A DNA stretch of 64,000 bases from Candidatus Ozemobacter sibiricus (GTDB taxonomy: Bacteria > Muiribacteriota > Ozemobacteria > Ozemobacterales > Ozemobacteraceae), in contig QOQW01000028.1 in assembly GCA_003327425.1 (NCBI GenBank), positions 8,703 through 72,702 on the forward strand, given 5' to 3'. Each line of letters begins with the position of its first letter. Position 1 is the first letter of the stretch. Shown one piece after another: positions 1-10,136 of this stretch. A model generated the notes under the pieces. It was not told the DNA's origin. It searched no databases and was given only the letters and a program-made list of their open reading frames with translations. Made by a program: the position numbers and the translations under genes.

Positions 1-1787
1 AGGATGCGGGGCTGGGCATCGATGTCGCCTTCGGGCGGGGTGGACGAACCATCCCAGCAGGCGGTGGCCAGGGTGCGGTAGATCACGTCGAAGCGGCTGG
101 CGATCTTTTCGGCATCGGAAGCGGTGATGCGGGTATCGGTCGCGATGTCGACGTAGACCAGGCAATGGGTGCCGGTGGCCAGCAAAGTGGCCGTGGCCAG
201 CTGGTCGTCGGCCGGATTGTCGGGATTGCCGGTGGCGAAATTGGGCAGCCAGAAGGTCGCCGAGGCCGGCGCGGGGTTGCCGATGGCCGGGCGCACCCCC
301 TGGCCGGTCACGGCCAGGCGGGCGCTGCCGCCCGCGGCCGGCGGATACCGTCGGCGCAACCGTGGGCCGACGTCCAGATAGGCCCTGGCGGCGGGCAGGG
401 CGGCGCGCGGTCCGACGGCGCTGCTGGGGAGGGCCGGCACCAACGTCCGGTTGTTGCCCAGCACCGAGGTCAGGGTATACGTGAAATCTCCGCCCAGGTC
501 CTGGTCGGGCGAACCGGAGATGATGCTGACCAGCGCGAAGCGATCGTCGGCGCCCAGTTTCGGCAGATGGAGGGTGCCGTTGGTCGAGACCCGTTCGAAT
601 TCGTAGATGCCGTAGGCATCGAGGGTGGTCCAGGCCGGGTTGTAGGCGGTCCAGACCATGGCTTCCTGGGTCGGGATGCCGTTCACCGACACCCGGATCT
701 CGACCGACTCCCCGGGCGGTACCACGTCGGTGCCAGGGGCCAGGAAGGACAACCGGGTGTTGCTGAAGGTCAAAAGATCATTCCCCTGGATGGTGGCGCG
801 TTCGCCCAGCAGAACCTTGACGGCCGATCGGTCAGAAGTGAAGTTGCGCCCGTACAAGGTCAGGGTGACGCCCGGCAGCGAGCGCTTGGGACTCAGGTGG
901 ATGAGCTCGGGCGGCACCGTCACCCGCGCGGTCGAGATGCCATCCAGCTGGAATTCATTGGTCTCGAGCCGGATCTGCAAGAGGCCGGTCTCGGCGCCCT
1001 GCGGCATCAGCACCCGCATCTGGCGAGGCGAGGCGACCTCGATCACCTGGCAGGGGCGGCCGTTCAGGCTGACTCGGTTGAACGAGGGAATGACGCTGAA
1101 ATTGCGCCCGTACAAGGTGAGGGAGGCGCCCGGTCGGGCGCTGGTCGGCACGGCTTCGAGCAGCACCGGGCGGGCGATCAGCGTGACCTCCTGTGTCTCA
1201 TGCGAGGGAACGCCGGCGATGAAGACCTTGACCGGCCCGGTTTCAACCTCGGCGGGCAATTGAATGATGATGCGGCCGTCCAGGCGCGAGTTCCAGTCGA
1301 TGATGGCGGCCTCTTTGCCGGCGACGGTGACGCGCCCCGGCGTCCGGCCGAACCCGGTGCCGATGACGGTGACGGTGTCGCCATCGGTGCCGAACCGTGG
1401 GCTGACGGCCAGCACCGCGAAATCGGGGGTGGCGGTGGCCGTGCCTGCGGTCAGCAGGAAATCGACCCGTTCGGTGATCTGCCCGGCCCTGACCCGGACC
1501 CCTTCCTTGACCTGCGGCTGCAGGCCGCTGGCGCGGGCGATGACGCGGTAATCCCCCGGGGGCATGGGGCCCAGCAGATACGTTCCATCAGATCCGGAGG
1601 TGGTCTGTTTGGTGGTCGTCTCGATGTAGGCCTGGGCGAGCGGCGTGCCGCCCGAGGCGGTGACCCGCCCGCTGATCGAGCCCCAATCGAGGTTGAGAGG
1701 CTGGCCGACGCTGCCGGCGCCGGACGTCGTCGGGTTCACTCCCCCGCATCCCGTCAGGAAGACGAGTAACAGGAGGAATCCGTACAT
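1..1787 (-). CDS. Lipoprotein with repeated beta-sandwich (IPT/TIG-like, CarboxypepD_reg-like) domains; 3' end lies beyond the window start
   Basis: Minus-strand frame from ATG at 1787 gives MYGFLLLLVFLTGCGG (signal peptide with LTGC lipobox) and continues to the window edge. A ...TLYGRNF... motif recurs about every 90 aa. Absent from the ORF track because there is no in-window stop. 165..1769(+) is its antisense shadow. Confidence 0.55.
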   Translation of the reverse strand, partial: MYGFLLLLVFLTGCGGVNPTTSGAGSVGQPLNLDWGSISGRVTASGGTPLAQAYIETTTKQTTSGSDGTYLLGPMPPGDYRVIARASGLQPQVKEGVRVRAGQITERVDFLLTAGTATATPDFAVLAVSPRFGTDGDTVTVIGTGFGRTPGRVTVAGKEAAIIDWNSRLDGRIIIQLPAEVETGPVKVFIAGVPSHETQEVTLIARPVLLEAVPTSARPGASLTLYGRNFSVIPSFNRVSLNGRPCQVIEVASPRQMRVLMPQGAETGLLQIRLETNEFQLDGISTARVTVPPELIHLSPKRSLPGVTLTLYGRNFTSDRSAVKVLLGERATIQGNDLLTFSNTRLSFLAPGTDVVPPGESVEIRVSVNGIPTQEAMVWTAYNPAWTTLDAYGIYEFERVSTNGTLHLPKLGADDRFALVSIISGSPDQDLGGDFTYTLTSVLGNNRTLVPALPSSAVGPRAALPAARAYLDVGPRLRRRYPPAAGGSARLAVTGQGVRPAIGNPAPASATFWLPNFATGNPDNPADDQLATATLLATGTHCLVYVDIATDTRITASDAEKIASRFDVIYRTLATACWDGSSTPPEGDIDAQPRI

Positions 1788-1994
1788 AGCAAAACACCCG
1801 CCAGCGGCGGTGAGCGATCGTCTGGGCACCTGGGTCCTTTGGCGTCCCTGCGTGTGAACTGGAAGTTCTTGAGCGTTCCCGCAGAAATTGTGCCAGAGGG
1901 TGGAGAGGCTGTCAAGTTTGTTGACGAACCTGCCGAAAGGAAGGTGAGGCATATTGTCGAAGTGTCAGTTGTTCGGACAGATAGGAGAATTCCT

Positions 1995-4900
1995 ATGAGG
2001 CAACGCAGCGTGCGCACCACCCCCTCCGGGAACTTCCTGGTGAAAGCCGGGTTGGTCGGGATCATCGTCATGGTGTTGGGTGTCGGCTCCGTCTGGGGCA
2101 ACATCAACAACTGCACCCTGGCGGTGAGCACCAACCCTGCCGCGCAACCCGGCAAGAAATTCAACGAAGGGGTGCAGGTGACGCTGACCGCCAACTGGAC
2201 GGGCGATACGCCGCCCTATGCCGCCACCTTCCGCAAGGCTGGCGGGCCGGCCATCGGTACCGTCAATACCAATACCGGCAATGCCTCGCTCCTGGTGACG
2301 GGCGCGTCGCTGGGCCATGGCGACAGCCAGTTCTCGGTGTCGGTGATCGAAACGGCTCAGATCAATCCAGTTCCTGGCACCGCCGAGAATCCTACGGTGG
2401 TCAGTGTGGATGTGACGGCCCCGACCGTGGCGGTGGTCCTTGATTCTCCCACCGGCATCTTCTCCAATAACGCTCCCAACAACGTGGTGCGTTTCCGGGT
2501 GACCATGTCGGGAGACGGCAAGACCTTCGGCGCCCCGCCGACGGTGACGGTCGAACCCAACCCCGGCGCCAGCCCCGCGGTCGATGGAACCCCCAGTGCG
2601 ACCGAATATCGCTATACCATGACCCTGACCAATGCTCCCGGCGGCAACTATACCATCAAGGCCATCGGGGTCGACTCCACCATTCCCGAATCGGGGCGGA
2701 AGCCGGCGGTCGGCCAGGCCAACTTCACCGTCAAGGTGGATGGACCGGCCCCGGCGACCATCGCCAGCGCCTCGCCGGGGGTCAACTCCAAGAACACCAC
2801 GGTCACCTTCTCGGGGAAGGCCTCGACGGGCATGGTCCAGGTCATGATCTACGAGACGGGGAATCCCAATCCCCTCGGGCAGACCGCTCCCAGTGGCGAG
2901 AACTGGACCATCGCCGTGCCGAACATCACCGAAGGGCGCCACACCTACTACGTCCGCGGCGTCGACAATCTCGGCAACATGTCGGCTGCCTCTCCGGAAT
3001 TCTCGATCGCGGTCGATCTCACTCCTCCGCAGATCGCGACCTTGATCCAGCCGAGGAGTCCGACCAATGCCACCAAGATCAACATCTCGGGGACGGGCGC
3101 CATTGATCCCCAGAACGCTGGCGTGAATTCGCTGCCCGTCAAGGTTCACCTCTTCACCAATTCCTCGCCCACGCGGGCGCCCATCCAGACGGTGAACGCC
3201 AATACCGATGGGACCTTCACCTTCGTCGACGTTCCTCTGACCTCCAATGCCAACAACTCCTTCTATGTCCAGACCGTCGATGCGGCCGCCCCCGATGGCA
3301 ATTCCTCGGCGTATTCCATGAACATCACGGTGCGCCAGGACAGCACCCCGGTCGGGCCGGCCACCATCCAGTTGGCCCGTGGAGCCAGCCTGGGCAGTAC
3401 CACTCTGCCGATCAATCCCCCACCTTACATCGGGGTCGGCGATTTCAATGTCCAGATCGATTTCAACGAGGACATGGATCGCACCGTCAATCCCAGCATC
3501 GGCCTCAAGCCGGCCAACGGGACCGAGGTGATGAGCAACAGCGGGAACTGGATCGCCTCCCGCACCTATGTCGGAACGATTTCCATTCCCAGCGGGCAGT
3601 CGGCCACCTGGGACGGACCGGCCGCCCTGCGCATCACGGGCGCCAAAGACGAGGCTGGCAACGTCATGGCCGACCAGTCCCTGCCGACCGCCTTCCACAT
3701 CGACACCGCCCCGCCGACGACCACCCAGAGTTCGATGGATACGATCTACGTGTCGAGCAACACCACCAGCATCACCTTGACTGGTACTTCGCAGGATGCG
3801 TTGTCCGGTGTGGGCTTTGTCGAGATCGCCACCCAGAGCTTCACCGGCGGACCGATCGGCACAGCGAGTGTTCCCATTTTCAATGGCACGTCCGCCAATT
3901 ATTCCTATACCTTGAATACGGCGGCTTTGGCGGCCGGGCGGTACAAGCTCTGGGTCTATGCCGGCGACCAGGCCAAACCGAACCCGAACGTCGAGGCGCG
4001 CTCTGATTACCGCATCCTCATCGTCGATCGCGATGAACCGTCGGTCGATCGCATCAGCTTCGATGACGAGGTCGTCGACATCAACGAAGGCGGGGTCATT
4101 CCCACCGTGGCCAGCGATGTCACCAAGCTGGCGGCCGTCGTCCGCGACAATGGCGGTACCGGCATCAACTTCAATGTGCCGCCCTTCGTCTTCCGCCTGC
4201 TGCACGTGCCGAGCAACACCACGATCACCGGCAACTATACCAACAACGGCAGCAACACCATCACCTTCACCTTCCCCAAGCTCACTCTCAATGGCACCTA
4301 TACCGTGACGGTGCAGCCGTTCGACAATGCGGGCAATACGATGCCCAGCCCGCGGGTGGCGACTTTCGTCTATGACAATACGCCCCCGTCCGATGTGGTA
4401 TTCGATCCCCCCTTCGGAGTGACGGTCGAGAACCACTATCCGCCGATCGCGGCCGACCAGGTCTGGGCCTTCAGTTCCAGCGAACCCAACTTCGGCATGA
4501 CCAGTTCCACCATCGAAGTGACCTACAACGGGCTGGCGGTCGGCAACCAATTGCCTGGCGCCTCGACCACCGCTCTGATCTGGGATCTCTATGGCCCCAG
4601 CCCGCATCCCAGCGATCAGAGTGCCGACGGTCGGTATGATGTGACCGTGACGCCGAAAGATCGGTACGGCAATACCGGCCTGGCCACGCGGTCCCATTTC
4701 TTCCTCGATACTCAGGGGCCCGTCGTCATCTCCCGGTATCCCACCGCTTCCTGGGTCGGCCTGGGCGTGACCTCGATGGCCGTCACCCTCTCCGACGCGC
4801 CTTCGCACATTGTCCAGGTGGCCAATGCGGCCCAGCCTGGCGATGCCAACTGGCGCACCGGCCGAGGCTCAGGGCTGAATCTAGCGACCTCCTCCTTCCG

Positions 4901-7412
4901 GCTGGCCGCCAACGGGATCCAGATCGCGACCGGCACCATCGATCCGGCCTGGACTCCGGGCTCCCTCGGCACGGGTTCTCTGCTGATCAATGGATTCGAT
5001 CAACTGGTGCCGCGGACACCGGCCGGCGCCGCCTCATTGACCGCCGATGTGGTGGGCGCCGATGCCGTGACGCGAGCCCAGCCCAACTTCCGAACGACCT
5101 CGTTCGTTGTCAACTACGACTTCTACCGGCCGAGCTTCACCTTCACCAAGCCGCTGGCCGGTCGGAAATACTGCAAGAACACGCTGACCGTCGTCGGCAC
5201 GGTGGCCGATCAGGGCACCAGCGCCGACCTGCAGGTCGTCGAAGCGAAGGCGCGGGCCGGCAGCAAACCCTATGTCAACCTGGGCAGCAACCCGGCGTTG
5301 CCCGCCAAGACGGCTTCGGTCACCGGCGATATCGATATCGCCAACCTGCCTGATGGCACCACTACCGTCTATGGCACTTGTACCGACCGAGGCGGCAACG
5401 AATCGGGCCTCACTCCCGATGGACCGGCGCAGCCCACGACGGTCGACATCGTCATCGACCGCACGCCGCCGCGCCCCCCGACGCTGATCCTGCCCCTCAA
5501 TGATTCCGTCCATGGGACTCGGGGCTTCCGCTTCAAATGGAGTTCGGTCACCGACGGCGATCGATATCTGATCCAGATCGCCGATGACCCCAGCTTCAAC
5601 AACATTCTGAATCACATCTCCAACGCTTCCTACACCGAGAAGGGCCAGGTCACCCAGATGACCGAAGCGGCCTTCACCGCGCCGAAAGACGGCACCTACT
5701 ACTGGCGGGTGGCGGCCATCGAGCTGTGCGAGGATGGCTACAACATCAGCGCGTTCTCGCCGACCTGGCGGGTGACCGCTGACACCGTCAAGCCCAAGGT
5801 GCTGTCGGTCCAGCCCACACCATCCTCCGGGAACAAGATCACCACCGGCATGGTCACCTTCACCATCCGGTTCAGCGAGAAGATGGACATCACCGTGCCG
5901 CCCACGGTGTCGTTGACCTCGGCTGGCGGGCAACTGATGCTCATCGAGCAGATGACCTTCAAAGACGACACCTGGACCGGATCCACGGTCATTCCCAAGA
6001 ACAATAGCGCCCTCTACGACGGGAATGCCGTCATCTCCATCACCAACGCCAAGGATCTCGCCGGGAACCAGATGGATACCGACTCCACCAATATGGTGAT
6101 CATCAACACCGGGCCGGCCTTCGAGATCAAGCTGTTCTCCAATCCTGCCCATGAATACGAACTGGTCATCGTGACCCGCTCCACCGAGCCTCTGCAAGCG
6201 CCGCCGACCTGCTCGGTCAGTCAGGGCGGCGTGCGGGTGCCGGTGCCGATGAACTTCCTGAAAGAGCGGTACTATGCCGGCGCCTATCGCATCAACCCGG
6301 CCCAACCGGGGAAGGCCTACATCGATATCTCGGGGACCGACCTGCATGGCATGGTCGGCAACGGCTCGGTCCAGTTCACCGTGACCGAACTCACGCCCGA
6401 AACCCGGATCGCCCTCACCAGCGATGATGAGAAGAGCACCTTCACGGTGCAACCCAACAGCGTGAAGGCGGCCACCGCCTTGTACATCCTGCCGCGCCAG
6501 ACGGCCGAGCCGGCCTCGGCCGGGGTCGCCCTCGCCAAGGTGCTCGGCAACAAGGTGGCCGGCCCGGTCTGGAACGGTTCGGACAAAGATCTGGTGGAAA
6601 TCCGCCAGCTCGAGGAACTCGGACCGGCCAGTCTGCGGCTGAGCCGCCGAATCTGGTACTCGACCCGGCTCGAGGATCTGCCGGCCAATATCCCGGCTCA
6701 CAAGATCCATGTCTATCGCCAGTCGGGGTCGGGCTGGGTCTTCTGCGGCGGCACGGTGAAGGATGGGCAGATCACGGCGCAGATCGGTGGTCCGGGGCGG
6801 CTGGCCCTGATGGCCGATACGGCGCCGCCCAAGATGGCGCGGTTCAGTCCCGGCCACCTCGTCGTGCTCGACGACCCGCAACCCACCTTCGAGGGTTCGT
6901 TCACCGATCGCGGATCGGGGCTGGCCAGTTCGGCGGTTCGGCTGTCCATCGATGGCGTGCCCGTGCCGGGCATCTTCCTCGACGAGCAGGGGACCTTCTC
7001 CTGGAAGCCGGATCGCCCGTTGGCCAAGGGCCCCCACCAGATCACCGTCGAAGTCGCTGACCGGGCGGGCAACAGCCTGCGCCAGGACTTCACGGTCGAA
7101 GCGCCCGGCCCCTTCGGCATCAGCCAACTCCAAGCCTATCCCAATCCCGCGACGGGCAATGCGGTCTATTTCGCCTACAACCTGCAGCAGCGGGCCGAGG
7201 AGATCCGACTGCGCATCTACGATAGCGCCGGGCACAAGGTCGCCGAGTTCGATACGTCCGATTTCCCGGCGCTCGTCTCGGGCCGCATCCGCTGGGATCT
7301 GACCAACGACGATGGCCGGCGGGTGGCCAACGGCGTCTACTTCTACAAGTTCGAGACCACGCGAGGTGGTCAGACCTTCAAGAGCCGCGGCAAACTCGCG
7401 GTGATGCGGTAA
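1995..7412 (+). CDS. Giant (about 1800 aa) cell-surface protein of tandem Ig-like/cadherin-like beta domains with a C-terminal T9SS type-A sorting domain (Por_Secre_tail / FlgD-Ig-like)
   Basis: RBS AGGAGA 6 nt before ATG 1995 (MRQRSVRTT..., N-terminal hydrophobic anchor GLVGIIVMVLGVGSVWG). Ser/Thr/Asn/Pro-rich repetitive beta-strand composition. The C-terminal 90 aa (..AYPNPATGNAVYFAYNL..IRLRIYDSAGHKV..IRWDLTNDDGRRVANGVYFYKFE..) match the T9SS C-terminal-domain consensus (YPNP, IYD..G, W.G.D..G..V..GVY.Y). Confidence 0.8.
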   Translation: MRQRSVRTTPSGNFLVKAGLVGIIVMVLGVGSVWGNINNCTLAVSTNPAAQPGKKFNEGVQVTLTANWTGDTPPYAATFRKAGGPAIGTVNTNTGNASLLVTGASLGHGDSQFSVSVIETAQINPVPGTAENPTVVSVDVTAPTVAVVLDSPTGIFSNNAPNNVVRFRVTMSGDGKTFGAPPTVTVEPNPGASPAVDGTPSATEYRYTMTLTNAPGGNYTIKAIGVDSTIPESGRKPAVGQANFTVKVDGPAPATIASASPGVNSKNTTVTFSGKASTGMVQVMIYETGNPNPLGQTAPSGENWTIAVPNITEGRHTYYVRGVDNLGNMSAASPEFSIAVDLTPPQIATLIQPRSPTNATKINISGTGAIDPQNAGVNSLPVKVHLFTNSSPTRAPIQTVNANTDGTFTFVDVPLTSNANNSFYVQTVDAAAPDGNSSAYSMNITVRQDSTPVGPATIQLARGASLGSTTLPINPPPYIGVGDFNVQIDFNEDMDRTVNPSIGLKPANGTEVMSNSGNWIASRTYVGTISIPSGQSATWDGPAALRITGAKDEAGNVMADQSLPTAFHIDTAPPTTTQSSMDTIYVSSNTTSITLTGTSQDALSGVGFVEIATQSFTGGPIGTASVPIFNGTSANYSYTLNTAALAAGRYKLWVYAGDQAKPNPNVEARSDYRILIVDRDEPSVDRISFDDEVVDINEGGVIPTVASDVTKLAAVVRDNGGTGINFNVPPFVFRLLHVPSNTTITGNYTNNGSNTITFTFPKLTLNGTYTVTVQPFDNAGNTMPSPRVATFVYDNTPPSDVVFDPPFGVTVENHYPPIAADQVWAFSSSEPNFGMTSSTIEVTYNGLAVGNQLPGASTTALIWDLYGPSPHPSDQSADGRYDVTVTPKDRYGNTGLATRSHFFLDTQGPVVISRYPTASWVGLGVTSMAVTLSDAPSHIVQVANAAQPGDANWRTGRGSGLNLATSSFRLAANGIQIATGTIDPAWTPGSLGTGSLLINGFDQLVPRTPAGAASLTADVVGADAVTRAQPNFRTTSFVVNYDFYRPSFTFTKPLAGRKYCKNTLTVVGTVADQGTSADLQVVEAKARAGSKPYVNLGSNPALPAKTASVTGDIDIANLPDGTTTVYGTCTDRGGNESGLTPDGPAQPTTVDIVIDRTPPRPPTLILPLNDSVHGTRGFRFKWSSVTDGDRYLIQIADDPSFNNILNHISNASYTEKGQVTQMTEAAFTAPKDGTYYWRVAAIELCEDGYNISAFSPTWRVTADTVKPKVLSVQPTPSSGNKITTGMVTFTIRFSEKMDITVPPTVSLTSAGGQLMLIEQMTFKDDTWTGSTVIPKNNSALYDGNAVISITNAKDLAGNQMDTDSTNMVIINTGPAFEIKLFSNPAHEYELVIVTRSTEPLQAPPTCSVSQGGVRVPVPMNFLKERYYAGAYRINPAQPGKAYIDISGTDLHGMVGNGSVQFTVTELTPETRIALTSDDEKSTFTVQPNSVKAATALYILPRQTAEPASAGVALAKVLGNKVAGPVWNGSDKDLVEIRQLEELGPASLRLSRRIWYSTRLEDLPANIPAHKIHVYRQSGSGWVFCGGTVKDGQITAQIGGPGRLALMADTAPPKMARFSPGHLVVLDDPQPTFEGSFTDRGSGLASSAVRLSIDGVPVPGIFLDEQGTFSWKPDRPLAKGPHQITVEVADRAGNSLRQDFTVEAPGPFGISQLQAYPNPATGNAVYFAYNLQQRAEEIRLRIYDSAGHKVAEFDTSDFPALVSGRIRWDLTNDDGRRVANGVYFYKFETTRGGQTFKSRGKLAVMR

Positions 7413-7429
7413 GGGAAAGGAGCGCGACC

Positions 7430-8071
7430 ATGCGCAGACGATTCCTGTTCGGGGTTCTCATCGCCCTTCCTGTCATGATCTTCCTCAGCGGCTGCGGCGG
7501 CGGGGTCAACGGCGAGGGGACGAACCAGTACCCCCAGACCGGCGGAATTCCCATCGTACGGGCCGACAGTTTCAACGATCAAGGCTGGGATCTCTTCGCC
7601 AAAGGCCAGTATGAGAGCGCCATCGGCATGTTCCAGAAGGTGCTGGCCGACAATCCCACCCCCGAGGAGGAAGCGGAGGCCAACAACGGTCTGGGCTGGG
7701 CCCGAGCCCGCCTCGGCCAGCTGACGGACGGCATGCCCTGGTTCGAGAAGGCGGCGGGGCTGTCGGATGATGCCAAAGTCGGTCTGGCGGCCGCTTACGT
7801 CCAGAAAGGGTCCAAGACCGATCTTGAAACCGCCCTCCGCATCCTCTACCGCGACCTCAGCAAGGAGAACCCCCACTTCCACTATGTGCCTCGTCGCAAC
7901 AATGGCGTCACCGATGCCGAGGTCCATGCGCTGCTGGCCTACATCTATGCCGCCCTCGGCAAGAACGACGAAGCCCTCGATCAGATGGATTACGCCAAGG
8001 AACTCAATCCCCAATGGGCCAACACAACCATCGATCAGCTCGACAAGATGGTGGCCTTCCTGTTGCGCTGA
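7430..8071 (+). CDS. TPR-repeat lipoprotein
   Basis: RBS GGAAAGGAG before ATG. Signal peptide with LSGCGGG lipobox. TPR-like helical repeats (GQYESAIGMFQKVLADNP, ALLAYIYAALGKNDEALDQMDYAKELNP). Confidence 0.7.
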   Translation: MRRRFLFGVLIALPVMIFLSGCGGGVNGEGTNQYPQTGGIPIVRADSFNDQGWDLFAKGQYESAIGMFQKVLADNPTPEEEAEANNGLGWARARLGQLTDGMPWFEKAAGLSDDAKVGLAAAYVQKGSKTDLETALRILYRDLSKENPHFHYVPRRNNGVTDAEVHALLAYIYAALGKNDEALDQMDYAKELNPQWANTTIDQLDKMVAFLLR

Positions 8072-8174
8072 ATCTCCCCGACCCCGCGGGCGACCGAGCG
8101 GGCTTGACCCTGGTCGCACCTAAGTTTCTCCGGGCGTTCTGACCGAACCAGAGCTGTTCTTCGAGGTGGCAGAC

Positions 8175-10007
8175 ATGGTGGCTTCCCCACGACGCATGCG
8201 GCTTCTCCTGGCCTTGCTGGCCGGGTTGTTCGCGCTGACCGGCTGTCTGAAGACCGACAGCTCCGTCACGGGCAATCTGGCGGGCAAGGTCTTCGATGCC
8301 AATGGGCACGTGCTGCGGGGCGCGCGCGTCGAACTCTACGGCGGCGACCATGCCACCACCACCGACGAACTCGGTCGGTACCGTATCTATGGCATCGCTC
8401 CCGGGCAACGCAAAGTCGTGGCCACCTACCAAGGGCGGTCGGTCGTCAAGATCTTCGAGGTGCCGCGGGGAGGAACGCTCGAGAACGCCGATCTGATCTT
8501 CGATGCGATCGATGGCCTGCCTCCTATCATCACCGATGTGGCGGTCGTCGACCTGGGCCAGAATTCAGCGCGCATCACCTGGAAGACGAACGAGCCCGCC
8601 GACTCCATCGTGGATTATGCCACCGGCCCGATCGGCCTGGGCAGCTACACCTTCCAGGCGACCGATTCGGCCCTGCTCACCGACCATTCCCTGACCCTGG
8701 CCAACCTGCGGCCCAATGCCACCTACCATTTCCGGGTGCGCAGCCGCGACTTCGCCGGCAATGAAGGGGTTTCCTCAGACTACCAATTCATGACCCTGGC
8801 TGGCGACCCGCCGGCCCCTGTCGCCAATTTCGCCATCGCCCCGCCCACCGAGATGGAACGGGTCGTCTTGACCTGGACCTCGAATACCGAACCCGATCTG
8901 GTGGGCTACAACCTCTATCGCTCGGAAAGCCGCAACGGCCCGTTTGCCCGGGTCAATGCCGACCCCATCCCCTCGGGGGCGACCACCACCACCTGGCGGG
9001 ATGACGGCCTCAAGATCGGGGTCAAGTACTACTACTACGTGCGCGCGGTCGATCAAGCGGGCAACGAGAGTCCGCAATCGACCACCCTGGCCGTGGTCAC
9101 CCCGGGGTCTCTCCCCGAGAACCGCACCTGGAAGGCTGCCGAAAGCCCCTACATCCTGACCGGCGACCTGCGGGTGCGCGGCGGCGTGGTGCTCACCATC
9201 GAGCCGGGGGTCGAGGTCAAATTCACCCAGAGCGACAGTCTGCCTGACGTCAATGGTGGCCCCATGGCCGACCTCATCGTGCAAGGCGGGCTGCTGGCGG
9301 TGGGCACGCCCGATCGGCGCATCATCTTCACCTCGGCGGAATCCTTCCCCTCGAAAGGCAACTGGGGAGGCATCAAATTCCTGTCGACCAATGAACCCGA
9401 GAATCAGCTCAAGTTCATCACCCTCCTGTTCGCCGATACCGGCGTGCGCAGCGAAGGGTCGACCCCGGCCATCGAGAATTCCGAGTTCGGCCTATGCGGG
9501 GTGGGGCTCGATCTCGGGTTGTCGACGGCGCTCAACGTGCGCTACAACACCATTCGCGATTGCGACCTCGGCATCGTCTCGGCCAATTCCAATATCCGCA
9601 ACAATCTCTTCATCAAGAACCAGGTCGGGGCGGGCCTGCTGGGCGCGGATCGCTTCGAATACAACACGGTCGACTGTCTGATCGGCGTCGAGGTGCCCTT
9701 CGGCACGCCGGTCATCAGCAACAACATCATCGCCTACACCGGGACCGGCAAAGCTCTCTATGGCATCAACCAGACTCAGCCCACCGCGACCCCGACCATC
9801 TCGTTCAACGACATCTGGAACTACACCTTCGCCACGAATGGGCTGACCGTGGCCACCGGCCCGGGCAACATCGCTTCCGATCCGCTGTTCATCGGCGGTT
9901 CGCCCTTCGACTACCACCTGCAAACGGTGGCGGGAGGCTATGCCTCCGATTCGCCCTGTCTGACGGCGGGCGAATCGGGTACCCAGATGGGGCGCTACGG
10001 GCCCTGA
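8175..10007 (+). CDS. Lipoprotein with CarboxypepD_reg-like, fibronectin-III-like and right-handed parallel beta-helix (pectate-lyase-fold) repeat domains
   Basis: GAGGTG RBS 6 nt before ATG 8175 (the ORF track starts at GTG 8166). LTGC lipobox. GKVFDANGHVLRGARVELYG (CarboxypepD_reg-like), ARITWKTNEPADSIVDY...YHFRVRSRDFAGNEG (FN3-like). C-terminal N/G/I-rich repeats typical of beta-helix. Confidence 0.75.
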   Translation: MVASPRRMRLLLALLAGLFALTGCLKTDSSVTGNLAGKVFDANGHVLRGARVELYGGDHATTTDELGRYRIYGIAPGQRKVVATYQGRSVVKIFEVPRGGTLENADLIFDAIDGLPPIITDVAVVDLGQNSARITWKTNEPADSIVDYATGPIGLGSYTFQATDSALLTDHSLTLANLRPNATYHFRVRSRDFAGNEGVSSDYQFMTLAGDPPAPVANFAIAPPTEMERVVLTWTSNTEPDLVGYNLYRSESRNGPFARVNADPIPSGATTTTWRDDGLKIGVKYYYYVRAVDQAGNESPQSTTLAVVTPGSLPENRTWKAAESPYILTGDLRVRGGVVLTIEPGVEVKFTQSDSLPDVNGGPMADLIVQGGLLAVGTPDRRIIFTSAESFPSKGNWGGIKFLSTNEPENQLKFITLLFADTGVRSEGSTPAIENSEFGLCGVGLDLGLSTALNVRYNTIRDCDLGIVSANSNIRNNLFIKNQVGAGLLGADRFEYNTVDCLIGVEVPFGTPVISNNIIAYTGTGKALYGINQTQPTATPTISFNDIWNYTFATNGLTVATGPGNIASDPLFIGGSPFDYHLQTVAGGYASDSPCLTAGESGTQMGRYGP

Positions 10008-10136
10008 CCTCCGACCCGCGCCGCGACCGTTCACTGGTCGGTCGATTCGTCGTCGTGCTGGCCACTGGCCCGTCGAACGCGCCAGATCGGGGCCGGTGAC
10101 GCTGAGCCGTTGCAGCGAACAGCCGGCTGACCGCGC

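Noticed and set aside
165-1769. 534-aa plus-strand ORF (MGAGGQQSGRGQLVVGRIVG...)
   Set aside because: G/R/A-rich low-complexity translation. It is the exact antisense of a minus-strand lipoprotein gene with a lipobox and repeated domains, which is typical shadow-ORF behaviour at high GC.
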